64,000 bases of DNA from Felis catus (taxonomy: Eukaryota): positions 118,732,001-118,796,000 of the forward strand of contig NC_058368.1 in the NCBI RefSeq assembly GCF_018350175.1, in the 5' to 3' direction. How positions within the stretch are numbered: the stretch's first letter is position 1; each line of letters starts with the position of its first letter. Shown in pieces: positions 1 to 12,191 of the stretch. A model generated the notes under the pieces. It was given only the letters and a program-made list of their open reading frames with translations. It was not told the origin of the DNA and made no database searches. The position numbers and the translations under genes are program-made.

Positions 1-2194
1 AGGTGTCCAGGAGAGTGACAGTCACCTCGTTTTGTACTAAGCAATGAGCAGTGTAGGTTAGGATGGAAGCAGAAGCAGCTTGGAAGCAGGTCTACAAGCG
101 TTCTCTGGGAGCATGTAAGGAAGAAGATGGAGATGAGGAGAAAATCAATTAGATCCTGACTCAAGATTAATTTTTATCACACGAGCCAGAGGATGAAAGT
201 TAAGGATGTGTGAAAACAGGTGCATCTAAGCCGCAGACCGAGCTGTCATGTCCCTGTCTGCACCGTGGATGGAAGCATGGAAGACGGGAAGACAGTGAAG
301 CAGCTTATCTTTCCTCCAAATGTTAGGAAATGCACCCTGGAAACAGGACTGGAACTTCCGTACACTCAAATATTTCAGGGGCACTTAGCTTTCTTCCCTG
401 TCTTGGAGAAGAAACATTTCCATTGAAAAGAATGCGGGTGTGCATATATTCATAGACTTCTTATGGTTTGTTTTGGAAATCGCTTTTTTCTTGAGAAACT
501 AGAAATGACATCCAAGCTGGCTTGGAAAGTGCCATAGGAGGGGTTGAGTGAGTTGATGCTGGAAGGGAAGGCTGGCCAGGAGCTGGAGGGTTTTGTGAGC
601 ACCCCTCCCTGTTAGATGAGCAGGTGACAGGGCACTGTCTTGCTTGCACACAACTTACCCTTCCCTTTGTCTATCTGTGGATAAAGATAGAAGGCTACTT
701 TATCAAAGCACTTTGCTGAATTTACTCTGTAGAATTAAAGTACAAATAAATACTGCAGGTAATTGGTGAGGGAAAAATTTGTGTATTTCCATATGGTGAT
801 GTTTTTCAGTTTAAGGAACTTTGGCTACTTAGTCACTTCCCAAACTCGAGTCATTTGCATAGACCTTCATTTACTCTTTGGCCCTCAACCACATAATTCA
901 TATGCTTTTGTTTGAATACATTTCTTTAAATTGATCTTAAGGCCTCTGCCTTCTTTACATGGCTTCATCCTACTTAGTAAAATCTCTAAAAATGTGAATT
1001 TGATGGTCTCACTGTTTTACTTTCTAATATACATTAAACATGTAACCATTAAAATAAAGATAAAGATTTCTTACTTCTCACCTGTGAAATTTGTACTACG
1101 GTTTGGAGTCCACAGATAGTACTTTGAATTTTTGAGTGACTCCTTTCCTTTCTCTTAATGTAAATATGTGAACTCAAGTTTGTTTTGACTAGAATTGGGT
1201 TCTGATACTGTCATTTGGCTGTTCTGTCACTGGGGGTGTGCACTCTTCACCTGTTACTTCCATGCTGTGCACTTTCAGTTCCTGTGACACCTGTCCAGCT
1301 TTGGTGTGACCTTACCTTTCTTCAGGTTCTGGCCACAGAGCAAAACCTTGTTACAGGGATTGCTCTTGTGTGGACACACAAGCACATCTTCACATAACCC
1401 TTCTGTACCTTGATTTTTGGCAGATGATGTTTTTCAGAACCCCATTTCCTCTTACTTCCTCCTGAGCTCAGTTACACTTTTCTCCTCACTGATGTCCTTG
1501 CACTTGAGAATTTTCTCTGTATTCCATTGGTTAGCCCTCTCTTCAGTCCCTGTTGAGATGTTTAATGGGCCTAAAATTCCTAGCGTAGCTCACTTGGATG
1601 CTTCCTTTGAGAGGTTCCAGTTGTTGATTGTCAGCGCACATTTTTCTCTCCCCTCTCCGCATTGCCCCCACTCTGTGCAGAAGACGTTTGTCTTAGACGC
1701 AAATCTCTGCCAATGCTCTTGGCCTCAGGTTGCAGGTTGTCTCCCTTTTCCTGGAGAGGAAGGTCCTGAGAGTCATCTTGGGAGTTCATAGGCTCAATCC
1801 TCTCTCTTTGTACTTCAGGCTCCTGGAAGCATGTGGCATATTAGCTGATGCTCCTGGATATGGGTCTTGTTTTCCAGAAGGAGTTTCTTCTTCTGTGGAA
1901 ATAGACCAGTTGTGTCCCACGCACCTCCATAAGATTCTTCAGCTTTAATCTTATGGGTATTAGTGGAATCTTCTCCCAACAGCATTTCCCCTTTCCCTAA
2001 AGGTAGAGATCTCTTTACGCTAACCGTGTTCTCTTCCCAGAATGAGGAGTTGGGTGCTTTCTCCTGCTCTCTTTTGGGTAGCGACTTTGGTCAGTTCCAA
2101 GGCAGCACATGACTCCTCGTAGACAATCAATGTGTGGTGGAAGTGGAACTAGGAATGAAATGGGAACAGTCTCTGAGACTAAAACTTTGTGGAA

Positions 2195-2394
2195 GGGCAC
2201 CTGGGTGGTCAGTAAGTTGAGCATCCGACTTCAGCTCAGGTCATGATCTCAGGGTTCATGGGTTCAATCCCCTCATCGGGCTCTGCACTGACAGTGCCAA
2301 GCCTGCTTCAAATTCCCTGCCTCTCTCTCTCTCTCTCCCTGCCCCTTCCCCATTTTCTCTCCCTCTCCCAAAAAATAAACAAAAATTAAAAAAA
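2195..2394 (+). mobile_element. CAN-SINE (tRNA-derived carnivore SINE)
   Basis: gggcacctgggtgg head, (CT)n, A-tail; imperfect TSD aaaactttgYRgaa at 2181-2194 and 2395-2408. Confidence 0.93.
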
Positions 2395-4091
2395 AAAACT
2401 TTGCAGAAAAGAAGAAAAGGAATTGATGGGGAAAAACAGGATTTAGAAACATAGCAACAAATACAAGCCACTGAATATTGTTAGTGAAGAAGGACCAGAA
2501 ATCCAAGTTGTATGTAGGTGGTCAAGGAATGCTTCCTGAAAGGTAGAATTCCGAGTAAGATGCTAAAGGAAATGAGTCATAGTCTCGCACAAAGGACAGA
2601 AGGGTGGCTGTGATGCTCTGCACAGGGAACAGGGAATAGTCTTTCTATAAGCAGCAGAGGGTGGCTCTTGTCTCTCGGACTGAGGATTGTGGAAAGATAT
2701 GTTCCCAAATTGAACTTAGAAAACATTCTCCCACAGAAATCAGATTTTTCGTTAATGTATGTTTAATATATATATACATACATATATGGCTCTTTAATTT
2801 ATCAAGTGGTTTCTCATGCGAAGCACTGTGCATAGCAACACCTCACTTAATCTCCAACATTACACAGGTACTGTCCGCTTTTGGGACAATGGAGGAAGAT
2901 AAAACTTATATTAAATAACGTACTCAGGATCAGACAGCAACAAAATAGGTTTGAATCCAGTTGTTGAGACCTCAGAGCTACACTATTAGCCAGTGATGAT
3001 TCTGCCTTCTGGCTTCAACTTGGGGGGTTGTTCTTAAAGAGATGTGGTTCTGTGTGCTTTTGTGACCTAGCCTGCAAACCCCTTAATTCTAAGGGGAAGT
3101 ATTTCCAGTTCTGCTTATGAACCTGGAGTCTACATTTCCCTTAAGGGAGAGATCTGCCTGTACAGAGCTGGGGGTGGGGTGGGAGTGGAAGGCTGGTGTG
3201 GAAGGATAAACAATGCATTTGATGAAGAACCTTGAGACCAAGTTGGATCTGAACCTCATTCAGTAACAATAACAATCAAAGTTAAAATTATTATGCCTCA
3301 CCCAACATGCCAGACAGCCTGCTAAGTGCATCAGTATCTTACTTCCTTCTCACAACTGACCGTCACCCAGTGAGGCAGGTCCCCCCTATCCACACTTCAC
3401 AGACAAGTAAACTGACGCTCCAGAGGTTAAGTAGTCACACAGTTGGTAAAGCACTGAGGAGGAATTTGTACCCAGGTGATGTCCCTTCCCCATGCCAGGT
3501 TGTCTCCAAAAGGGTGCCTCTGCCAGTTCTTCAGCCACGGAAGTGAAAGTCTTTCTAGACTGAATTACAGAAGCAGTAAAAGCCATCTGTCCTAGCATCT
3601 AGCGGTGCCATGGGGGCACTTGGACCATGTGCCAAATGGATTCCTCAATATGCATACCAGCAGGCAGCAGCCCCTCTAGATCTCGTACCAACTATGCAGA
3701 GAGCAGGATGTGTTCAGCAGGACCTTTCATTTGCTGGGCCAAGGTAGTCACTATGATTTGCGATCACAGAACACATGCATCAAGGTTTTCACAACTGTGC
3801 TGGCAAATGAATGGTATCAAAGGAGATGACTGTTTAATCTGTAAGGTGCCCCACGGATAACATCCTCCAGCAGAGATCAGAGTGCTATCTCCAGGTGAAA
3901 GGTACTGACATAGAAGCTGTACTTTTGCTGGACATGTGTAGAAGGTGGAGCCAGAAGGATTAGAGGGAACCAGCAACCAGATCTAGTGCCTTTTAAAGTT
4001 CTTCCAAGAGATTACGAGGTGACATTTATCATTGATTTTTGTCTCAGATTTTTAGTGCTTACACCAAGGTGTTGAAACCTGTTTCTTGGAA

Positions 4092-4262
4092 CAGTGCTTC
4101 TTAGACTTGGTGTACATTGGACTTGTGTAAGGAGCTTGTTAAAAATACGGATGCCTGGTCTCCTCCCAGGTACGTTCTGAATCAGGAGATTGTGACTAGA
4201 GCCCAGGCATTGGTATTTTTTAAAGCACTCTGGTGATGCTGATGCCAGCTGAAGTGAGAGAG
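4092..4262. mobile_element. MER5A-like hAT-Charlie DNA transposon fossil
   Basis: cagtgcttct...ggagcttgttaaaaatacggatgcctgg...ttctgaatcag...ggtgatgctgatgc resembles the recalled MER5A consensus. Confidence 0.65.
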
Positions 4263-4354
4263 GCACACACCTGGGGAAAGGAGGGACAGTCAAGGCTGCT
4301 CATTTCTGTCCCTCCCAGCGCATCTCTTTGGCTCTCTGTTGAGGTTTGTGACAG

Positions 4355-4610
4355 CCTGGTGTGGTGGTTGAAAGCAGGGGCTCTCCAGTCACACTGCATT
4401 GTTTCAGGCCATCCCTGTGACCTAGCAGCTCTGAGACCTAGAGTGCATTAGTTTCCCTTTCTGAACCTCCATTTGCTCATCTGCAAAATCGATCACTAAT
4501 AACAGCTTCCTTGGAGGGCAGTTACCATGATTAAGTGAACCAGTGCAGGTGCATGTAAAGTACTTGACACTGGGCCTAGAACGTAGTAAGCACCTAATAA
4601 ATGTTAGTTA
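4355..4610 (+). mobile_element. MIR SINE fossil
   Basis: Core tttctgaacctccatttgctcatctgcaaaat and tail catgtaaagtacttgacactgggcctagaacgtagtaagcacctaataaatgttag. Confidence 0.7.
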
Positions 4611-7600
4611 CAATTGTGATGATTATCATCAGACTTTAGTTTTACGTTACATTTGACTGAGGAAATACTCCCTCTGTGGATCTTGCAGATTCCAAAGGAG
4701 AGGCCCATATGTGAGAGTAATGCAGAGTCACCCTGGCCCCAGAGAGAGCTATTCTGGTGCTTGAATTCACATATATCAGCAGCTAGGATGAGTTGTGTAG
4801 CATTGGTGGGTCTGGGGAGTGGGAATAGATTCCTGGGCTTTGTTTTACACGGATCACCCTAACATGCTGCTGGAATTACAGCTCTCATTAATTCTCTTAG
4901 CTAATATAATTCATTTTGGACCCTTTCCCAGACAGACCCAGTGAGAGGTTAAGAATTCAGCTCATATACTTCTCATTTGTGTCTTCCTGGTTGAAAAATA
5001 ACTGGGAATTCATAGTATTCAAAGGCTTATCGCATAATGTCTTTCTCCCAGCACTCCAAGCTGCGGCTTGTGCGTTTTCTCAGGTTGCCTGTGTAGATCC
5101 TGGGTGCTCTGGCCACACGTGTTTGTATTGGCAGGTGATGTGTTTATCCACATGGATTCCTACTGTCACACAGACTGTAAGGTGTAACGTGGCTCTTGGC
5201 TTCATTATGCATGATGACCACGTGTGACTGAAAACCACATAGTTGATGTGGCCATTTAAAACAATGATGCCCCGGAAAACTAATGGCAAGCAAAAAGCTC
5301 AAAGTAGATCATTAAATGAAAAACAGCATGTTACAGGCTTCTGTCTCTGGCTTTATCACTAAGTGAACAAAGCAAGTAACTCATCCGTAGTTACGATGCT
5401 ATACTATTTTGTTAGAAGTATATATGCGTATGTTTCTATGTATAGAAAATTTGGACATTGACATACCAAAATAAGTATGGAATATTTGCATGCTTTTCTG
5501 TACTTTAGAAATTGGAGAGGAATGCATCTTTATTATGTATTGACTAATTTTTACATCATTAAAAACAAACTACCTATTCACACATTTTTTTTACTATCCC
5601 AAGCCCATTTTTCAATGAGTCATGGTATAAAAATAAATATTATCATTTTCTGTTTGCTAAACATTAATAATATAAGCATTCTGTAGTGGATTCCCTCACT
5701 TATCAGGGAACCAGAGATTAAATGAAGAATGTCCCTACTCCAAAGCAAGTGCTCAGCTGGGCGGGGGGGGAAGGGAGGCTTTGTTGTACATAGTAGATTA
5801 TCTGTTTAACTCTGATCCTTCAACCCCCGGTTCAGCCGTATGTAGACGTTCGTTCCTACATTGTGGTTTTGGAAATGGTGTTGTTTCGGGGGTGGGCTTC
5901 CCCATGTGCCTGCAAACCTCTTTCCTGTGAATCATTTCAATCCTGGGCCAGCTGCAGTGATTCCCCCATTCTCTCGTGAAATCCAGTTTTATTGGCATTT
6001 TTTCCTTTTGCAGAGAAAAGGGTTATTATGAGCGCCATGACTAGGAAATAAGTCAGTCCCTCTACATAGGACCAAAATTGGTAGTTTTTGCTGAGGACAA
6101 CCTGCCGAAAGTTGTAATAGCATGTACTATGTCCTATGGTCAGAACAACAGATCGACCACATTTTGTACTTATCAATACGCTATTTAGTCCCTCACTGCC
6201 CAAACTGCTTTTTAGGGCTGTTTTTTGAAACATTGCCCAAAATGTTATGTGCCCAAACATATTGCTCAGACTGCTTTTTCAGATTATTTTTATCATAGGG
6301 ACTGACACTGGGTCAACATGAAATCATACCACCTCAGATTTTAGTGTGGCTTGGCACGCCACTGTTACCAGGAAGAAAAACTACAAGGGAAAAAATATTG
6401 CTTCAGAAAGTCTGATTCTAAGCTTCTCATGTACTTGGGTGTTTCCCAGAGATGAAAAACTCAGAAATTACTGTGCACTCATCATTTTTTATTGCAAAAT
6501 TCATTAAGCTGCCATACTGTTATCATCCTATCTTGTCAAGATGATACATTGCAGACTTCATTGCAAAACTTTAATAAGCGGGAGAAAGTACACCTCTCTC
6601 CCTGCCACAGCAAGGGAAAGCCTCTGGGTATATTGCTTTTGTCTTCGTATTTTTTGTCTCAAGTCTGTGTCTTTGCAGAACTCCCGTCAGTCTGGTAACT
6701 CCCTTTCCTCCTTGTTTGATCGTGTACACAGCGTGTTCCCTCCTTTGGGCTCTGGGCATCACGAGATGCTCTTAAAGAACTTTTCTCTCCCCTCTTTTGA
6801 CATCTAGGTCTCAGACATCACGGAAAGATGATGTTAGCCCATATTCTGACAGACATCCACGCCTGGTGGGAAACCTCCCCCGGAGTGACGTTGCGAGTCC
6901 GTGTTTCCTATTTATCCTCCCACTCTGTGTATTCAGTGGGCTGGAGTGTCGACGCTTGCCAAGACATGTGAATTCGGTTTGGTGCTGCGTGTGCATTCCT
7001 GGCCTTGTCTCTGGGTTCCGTGATAAACACAGACCCTGCCTTTTGTGTGGGGGGTGGGGATGGGGAGGGAGTGTCATTAGAGTGAGCAGGAGTCACTTGG
7101 TAAATATGGAAAGTGAGGTTGCTTAGCTCCCAGATTTCCATGGCAACCCCCAGAACAAGTACAATATCACCAAAATTATTCTGTGGCTTTCTTTTTTTAG
7201 TTGCAGTGATTTGGTTGCATAGTCCTATTTTTCCGCTCCTGATTTGTACAAAAAACACAGACTCTGCCCACTATAACCATTACTTTGGTTTCAAGGACAT
7301 TAGTGGTGCCTGTCTGAAGCACCTGAAAATTCAGTCACACAGAACTGCCTCTTTCTGTGCTAGCAGAATACGCTTTGATGGCTTTTGGTCACCTTACATT
7401 TATTATTTGCCCTGTAACCACTCATGGAGCTTTAGCGTACATTATGCATGGGCCAGGTGCCAGGAATGTGTGACTGATGCTCACCTCACAGATCACTGTA
7501 ACAGACCCTGGAGGGGTTCTTTGTGGGCATGCATGCCCCTGCCCTGAGTGGTTCGAATTTCTAAGCCCCAAGACCACATCTGGTTTATCACCCTTCGTAG

Positions 7601-8973
7601 AACATATGTTCATAAAAACATCCAGTGCTCACCCACACGTGTTTACAGTTGTTTGGGGATTTATTTTATCATTTCTTTGCTCCAAGCCCTTGTTTTCTGT
7701 GACTAAAATGAAGAGAGATTCTTGTTGACAAACGTGTTTAAAGAAAGCAAGCATCCCCATGGACTTCAAGCAGTTTAGGAATACTCCTGAGTTGTGGGCA
7801 TTCTTTTTCTTTTGGTCATTTAAGTGGTTCTCTCTGATCCTGTTGATTTGACTCATAACTGTTGTTGTTTTTCTTTTTCAATCCACTAGCCTGTAATTTC
7901 CTTTTCTTCAGCAATGTAATTGTCATCAATCCTTCTTAGACCTTCTGATGACGATGCCGGAACTGGCCTGAATCATCAGTGTCTCAGACAGGTCCAGCTC
8001 TGATATTTGAACAATTTGGTTAATTTCATTTTTTAAAAATTGTGTTTTCGGCTGCCTGTTCTCATTATGTTTTTCTATTAGGGCAAGTACTCATTTGCCC
8101 ACCTGACAAAGATCCCCCTGTTGGGAGTGACATTACTGAACCATGTTCTCTTTATTTTTTAATTCATAGCAAATGTTTTAGAATATGTCTTGGTATGATT
8201 TGCCATAACCGTTAAAACATTTGATTGGCTGTTGATTTTACTCTCCACCTCTTTGCTGGACTAACTTTGACTGTCCTGCTCACCCTCGGTGAAACACCTG
8301 TCAGTGTTTCAGCTCAGAAGTCTGCCTATACCTAGAAGCTCTCATTCTCACTATTTGAGGTCTTGTGTCCAATAAAACGGTAGTGGTCTTGCGGTCAAAG
8401 AGTGCCAGGTTTCCAGATTTCCTTACCATGGGCCCCATCGAGGCTTACCAGTAACAAACAGTCCGACTTTTGATATGTATATTTAGCTATCTTGACTGCA
8501 GAACTATGAAGTTTTATGATTAAAATTTTTGTATCTTCTTGTTGGACAAAGGACTCATTTCCTTGATCTTTTGCCTTTGTTGTCATTTTGTTACAGGTTA
8601 TGCCATATTTGTAAGGTTCGAGATACCTAATGTAAGTTGAAATAGAATCTCCAAAAGGATTTATTTTCTAAAAAAGAATTCTAATGACCTCCACTGAATG
8701 AAATACTGGAAATCCTCAATTTCAATTTGGGGGTAGCCACTCATTTAATTCTCTTGGCTTTCAAGTCCAGGCAGGGTCGGGCTCTCACTGTCCATCCCTG
8801 TCCTCATTCCCATGTGGGTTCATTTCAGACACATGTCAGTTTCCATATGTAGCAGTCTTCTTGCTTCACTCGTTGAAAAAGCCAAAAATTTTACCTAAGT
8901 CCCATTTGTAGAATGAGATTCTTAAATGAGTGTTAGGATTCTGATAAAATGTTTGATAAAGCAAAGCATCTTT

Positions 8974-9087
8974 TTTTTTTTTTTTTAAATATAACTTCTT
9001 GTCAAGTTGGCTAACATACAGTGTATACAGTGTGCTCTTGGTTTTGGGGTTAGGTTCCCGTGATTCATCGCGTGTATCCTGGGTGTT
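8974..9087 (-). mobile_element. Very short 5'-truncated carnivore/feline L1 3' end
   Basis: Poly-T followed by aatataacttcttgtcaagttggctaacatacagtgtatacagtgtgctcttggttttgggg (reverse L1 tail); TSD gcaaag(c)atcttt at 8961-8973 and 9088-9099. Confidence 0.8.
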
Positions 9088-10106
9088 GCAAAGATCTTTA
9101 TCTAATTTTTTTTTCAGTTGTGATTTCAGAGTTTTATCTGTCCAATGTTTGTTGAATCTTAAGGTGCTTACAGTCTATCAAGTAAGGTAGACATACAAAC
9201 ACATGAATAAGTGCAAGTTAATAAATACTCTAATATGCACCTGACTTAAATACCTGGCAGTTAGTGTAGGGGTTCACTGTCAATGCCAGTCATTGCCAAT
9301 ACTCGGTAAGTACTTAATAAACATTCATTGAATAGATGAAAATTGAAGAAGATTCTATCTTAGATACTTTCTTTTCCTAATGGATAGTAAGCAGGAGAAA
9401 AAAAGTCCCAAAAATATTTTAGAAAAACAAATGTGTTTTTATAAAGGCATTCTTTTTAATTTATAGAATCATAGCCCTCTTATGGGCAACTAAATATAAT
9501 CACAGGAGAGAGATCAACTATGGTAATACTCTTCTATTTCCTGCAAATTCAGAGAATTACATCATGCAAACTTGTCCTCAAGCTAGAGTTAATAAAACTA
9601 TTCATCTCTCCTTCCCTCTGAAGCAGAAATTGACTCCATTGAACCCCAGAAAGGTATCATCTCTAGTCCCCTTTTCTATATGGTGGTCTTGGGCTTCTCA
9701 CAGTCTTTCAGAAATCTGTATAAGAGTATTTTGGTCAAAGGAAAGTTTCACTTAGCTGATTCATACTGGCAAGTGGCATATCCATTTTCTCAGTGATCCT
9801 CTATATGTAATTTTAGAGTTGTTTTTCTTCCTGATAGCAAGTTCCCATTTAAAGGCCTGGTAGTTTTCCTGCATCTTGGCTCCTTGTAACTCTTTCAGTT
9901 TCTCTTTATTTGTTGTTGTTTCTGTTGGAATTGAAGCTCTTGAAATAGGAATAGTTCTAAATCTCAGGAATCAGGTTAATAATCTCCTTGTTTTTGAGAT
10001 GTACTTAGAGTTCAGAAATGTCCCAAAAGCCTCACAGGATTTTTTGACTCTTAAAGGTTTTTATTCTTACGGGGTTTTGTGGTTTTTGATTCTTCTATAG
10101 GGTTTT

Positions 10107-10312
10107 GTGAGGGTTTTTTAAAGTTTATTTATTTTGAGAGAGAGAAAGAGAGTGTGAGCAGTGGAGGGCCAGAGAGAGAGATAATCCCAAGCAGGCTCTG
10201 CCCTGTTAGCACGGAGCCCAATGCAAGACTTGATCTCAACAAACCATGAGATCATGACCTGAACCGAAATCAAGAGTCGGTCACTTAACTGACTGAGCCA
10301 CCTAGGCGTCCC
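10107..10312 (-). mobile_element. CAN-SINE
   Basis: Reverse head ...gagccacctaggcgtccc; perfect TSD tcttctatagggtttt at 10091-10106 and 10313-10328. Confidence 0.93.
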
Positions 10313-10368
10313 TCTTCTATAGGGTTTTAAACATGGCATTGACAATTTGCCAAGGTATTAGGGGCTTC

Positions 10369-10370
<2 letters not shown>

Positions 10371-10418
<48 letters not shown>
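10371..10418. repeat. (GT)24 microsatellite
   Basis: Uninterrupted GT dinucleotide run. Confidence 0.97.
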
Positions 10419-10422
<4 letters not shown>

Positions 10423-10571
10423 TTGTGTATTACATGTGAAAATTACTCTAACATCATCTCATAAGCATAATACATTTGTGTGCGCATGACTAGTGCAAAT
10501 GGTAAAAAATTTTTTTATCACATCACTCTCTTTATTGCCTAAAGAGACCTGAGTTTAAATGTCACCCTCTA

Positions 10572-10797
10572 GGGGCGCCTGGGTGGCGCAGTCGGTTAAG
10601 CGTCCGACTTCAGCCAGGTCACGATCTCGCGGTCCGTGAGTTCGAGCCCCGCGTCGGGCTCTGGGCTGATGGCTCAGAGCCTGGAGCCTGTTTCGGATTC
10701 TGTGTCTCCCTCTCTCTCTGCCCCTCCCCCGTTCATGCTCTGTCTCTCTTTGTCCCAAAAATAAATAAACGTTGAAAAAAAAATAAAAAATAAAAAA
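10572..10797 (+). mobile_element. Young felid SINEC_Fc
   Basis: ggggcgcctgggtggcgcagtcggttaagcgtccgacttcagccaggtcacgatctcgcggtccgtgagttcgagccccgcgtcggg with CpGs intact; perfect 16-bp TSD taaatgtcaccctcta at 10556-10571 and 10798-10813. Confidence 0.96.
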
Positions 10798-11789
10798 TAA
10801 ATGTCACCCTCTAAACTACCATGTCAGTGAGTCCAGTCTGTCTTCTTAGGGACATGGTATACCTCTGGCTTGTTTCAAAGGTCCGGTGTGCATTAACCCA
10901 GATACACTATTTCCTGATAAGTGAGTTGATTGTCTGCAATGGCAGCTGATTTCATTATGGTGTATCTGTATTGACTGTGGGACAAGAATGGCCTTCCAAG
11001 TCTCTAATATTTTTGCTACAGCAGTGGTGTCTGTAACATTTAGCTAAATCGTCCCCCCAATTTTATCTTCATCACATGATTCCAAGCTTTTAAGGATGGG
11101 AAGAAAAAGAACGTTATTTTCTTTGAATAGTGTTCTGAAGCTTACAAAATGCATTCTTGCACATGATCCCACTTGATCCTCATGAACTCCTCAAGCTGTG
11201 CAAAGCAGCCGTCCTTCTCCCCATTTGATAGATGGGTTAACCAAGAAACAGAGTGAAAATTGCCTGAGGCCACTCAGCCAGTCAGGAGTGGAGGCTTCAA
11301 GAGAACTCTGGTTTCTTCCTTCCCAGCTTAGTAATACTCTCTAAGCCCAAATATAACTGCGTGGACTGTGTACTTGGTGTTTTATATGCAGACTACTCTG
11401 TAGCCCTTATAGATCTGTTAATCAAAGAACTAACTTGAAGCTAGACATCAAATACATGGAGCTGGAGGCAACCCAGAAAGGTGTGTCTTTGGCGTGGTCA
11501 GGAATTTACATTGCAGAGTCATAAGAAAGTTGATGGCCAAGGTGAAGATATTTTATAGTGAGGTGCTGTAGAATTGGAGGTAGGACGTGGCCCTGGCAAT
11601 TAAGACCAGACTGGGGGCAAGAGTTTTAGAATAAAAGGTGAATGGCACAGAAACCAAGGGGATCTGTTTGAATGCAAGGGGCTGTGAAGGCTGCTCTGTT
11701 CTGCCCATCTGCCAGTCAAACGAAGACACACAATTCATAGTGCAGTGGTAGGACCACGAGGAAAATGGGTGGTCCGTGTTGTCAGGTTT

Positions 11790-11824
11790 GGGCGGGGGGG
11801 GGGGGGGGGGGCGGGGGGGGGGGG
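11790..11824 (+). repeat. Poly-G tract G3-C-G18-C-G12
   Basis: Read directly from the sequence. Confidence 0.9.
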
Positions 11825-12037
11825 TTGCTCCAAAGTTGAAACTCATGTGTTTTCCTGTTTCCTTTCCTCTTCCTTTTCTGCCCGTAATTCCTACCCTTTC
11901 CTATGTCTTTTTCTTAGTTTTGTTGAGATCTCAATCCATTCTCATGATTGCTAAGTTTTTGTATATATGTAGGAACAACAAAATATCCCTATGAAATAAT
12001 AGTGATGTGGGGCTCCTGGCCTTTTTTTTTCCCACAG

Positions 12038-12191
12038 AGGAACAAAGAAACAGCATCATCAACTCCAGTTTAGAATCTGTCGTCTCATCAAATGCAAACA
12101 GCATCCTTAATTCCAGCAGCAGCTTACAGCCCAACATGAACTCCAGTGACCCGGATCTCGATGTGCTCAAACCCACCCGGCCCAACTCGCT
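12038..12191 (+). CDS. ARHGAP26: Internal coding exon (154 nt, phase 1 in / phase 2 out) of Rho GTPase-activating protein 26 (GRAF1), Ser-rich linker C-terminal to the RhoGAP domain; about human exon 20
   Basis: Translation (x)AG-EQRNSIINSSLESVVSSNANSILNSSSSLQPNMNSSDPDLDVLKPTRPNSL matches the recalled human ARHGAP26 segment QEQRNSIINSSLESVSSNPNSILNSSSSLQPNMNSSDPDLAVVKPTRPNSL. Canonical acceptor cctttttttttcccacAG (AG 12036-12037) and donor CT|GTAAGT (GT 12192-12193). Confidence 0.95.

Larger units (their letters stand above)
1..12037 (+). other. ARHGAP26: 3' part of the ARHGAP26 intron upstream of the exon
   Basis: Ends in the polypyrimidine/AG acceptor of the exon. No upstream ARHGAP26 peptide recognisable in the window; repeat-rich. 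Confidence 0.85.

Noticed and set aside
7890..7997. Acceptor-like tttccttttcttcAG at 7911 with possible exon to 7991
   Set aside because: Donor gtccag is poor and no recognisable peptide is encoded.
8560..8637. Acceptor-like ttttgttacAG (8596) with nearby gtaagg/gtaagt donors
   Set aside because: Implied exons of 14 or 35 nt do not preserve frame, and there is no other support; such pseudo-exons are common.
10555..10758. Recurrent 'ERGRGRERGRHR' and 'AQVMISQSVSSSPASGS' ORFs across the window
   Set aside because: These are translations of CAN-SINE sequence.
12007..12037. N-terminal MGLLAFFFPT of ORF 12007..12195
   Set aside because: This is the translated polypyrimidine tract and acceptor. 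The ORF's TAA stop lies in the donor GTAAGT, so it is not a standalone gene.
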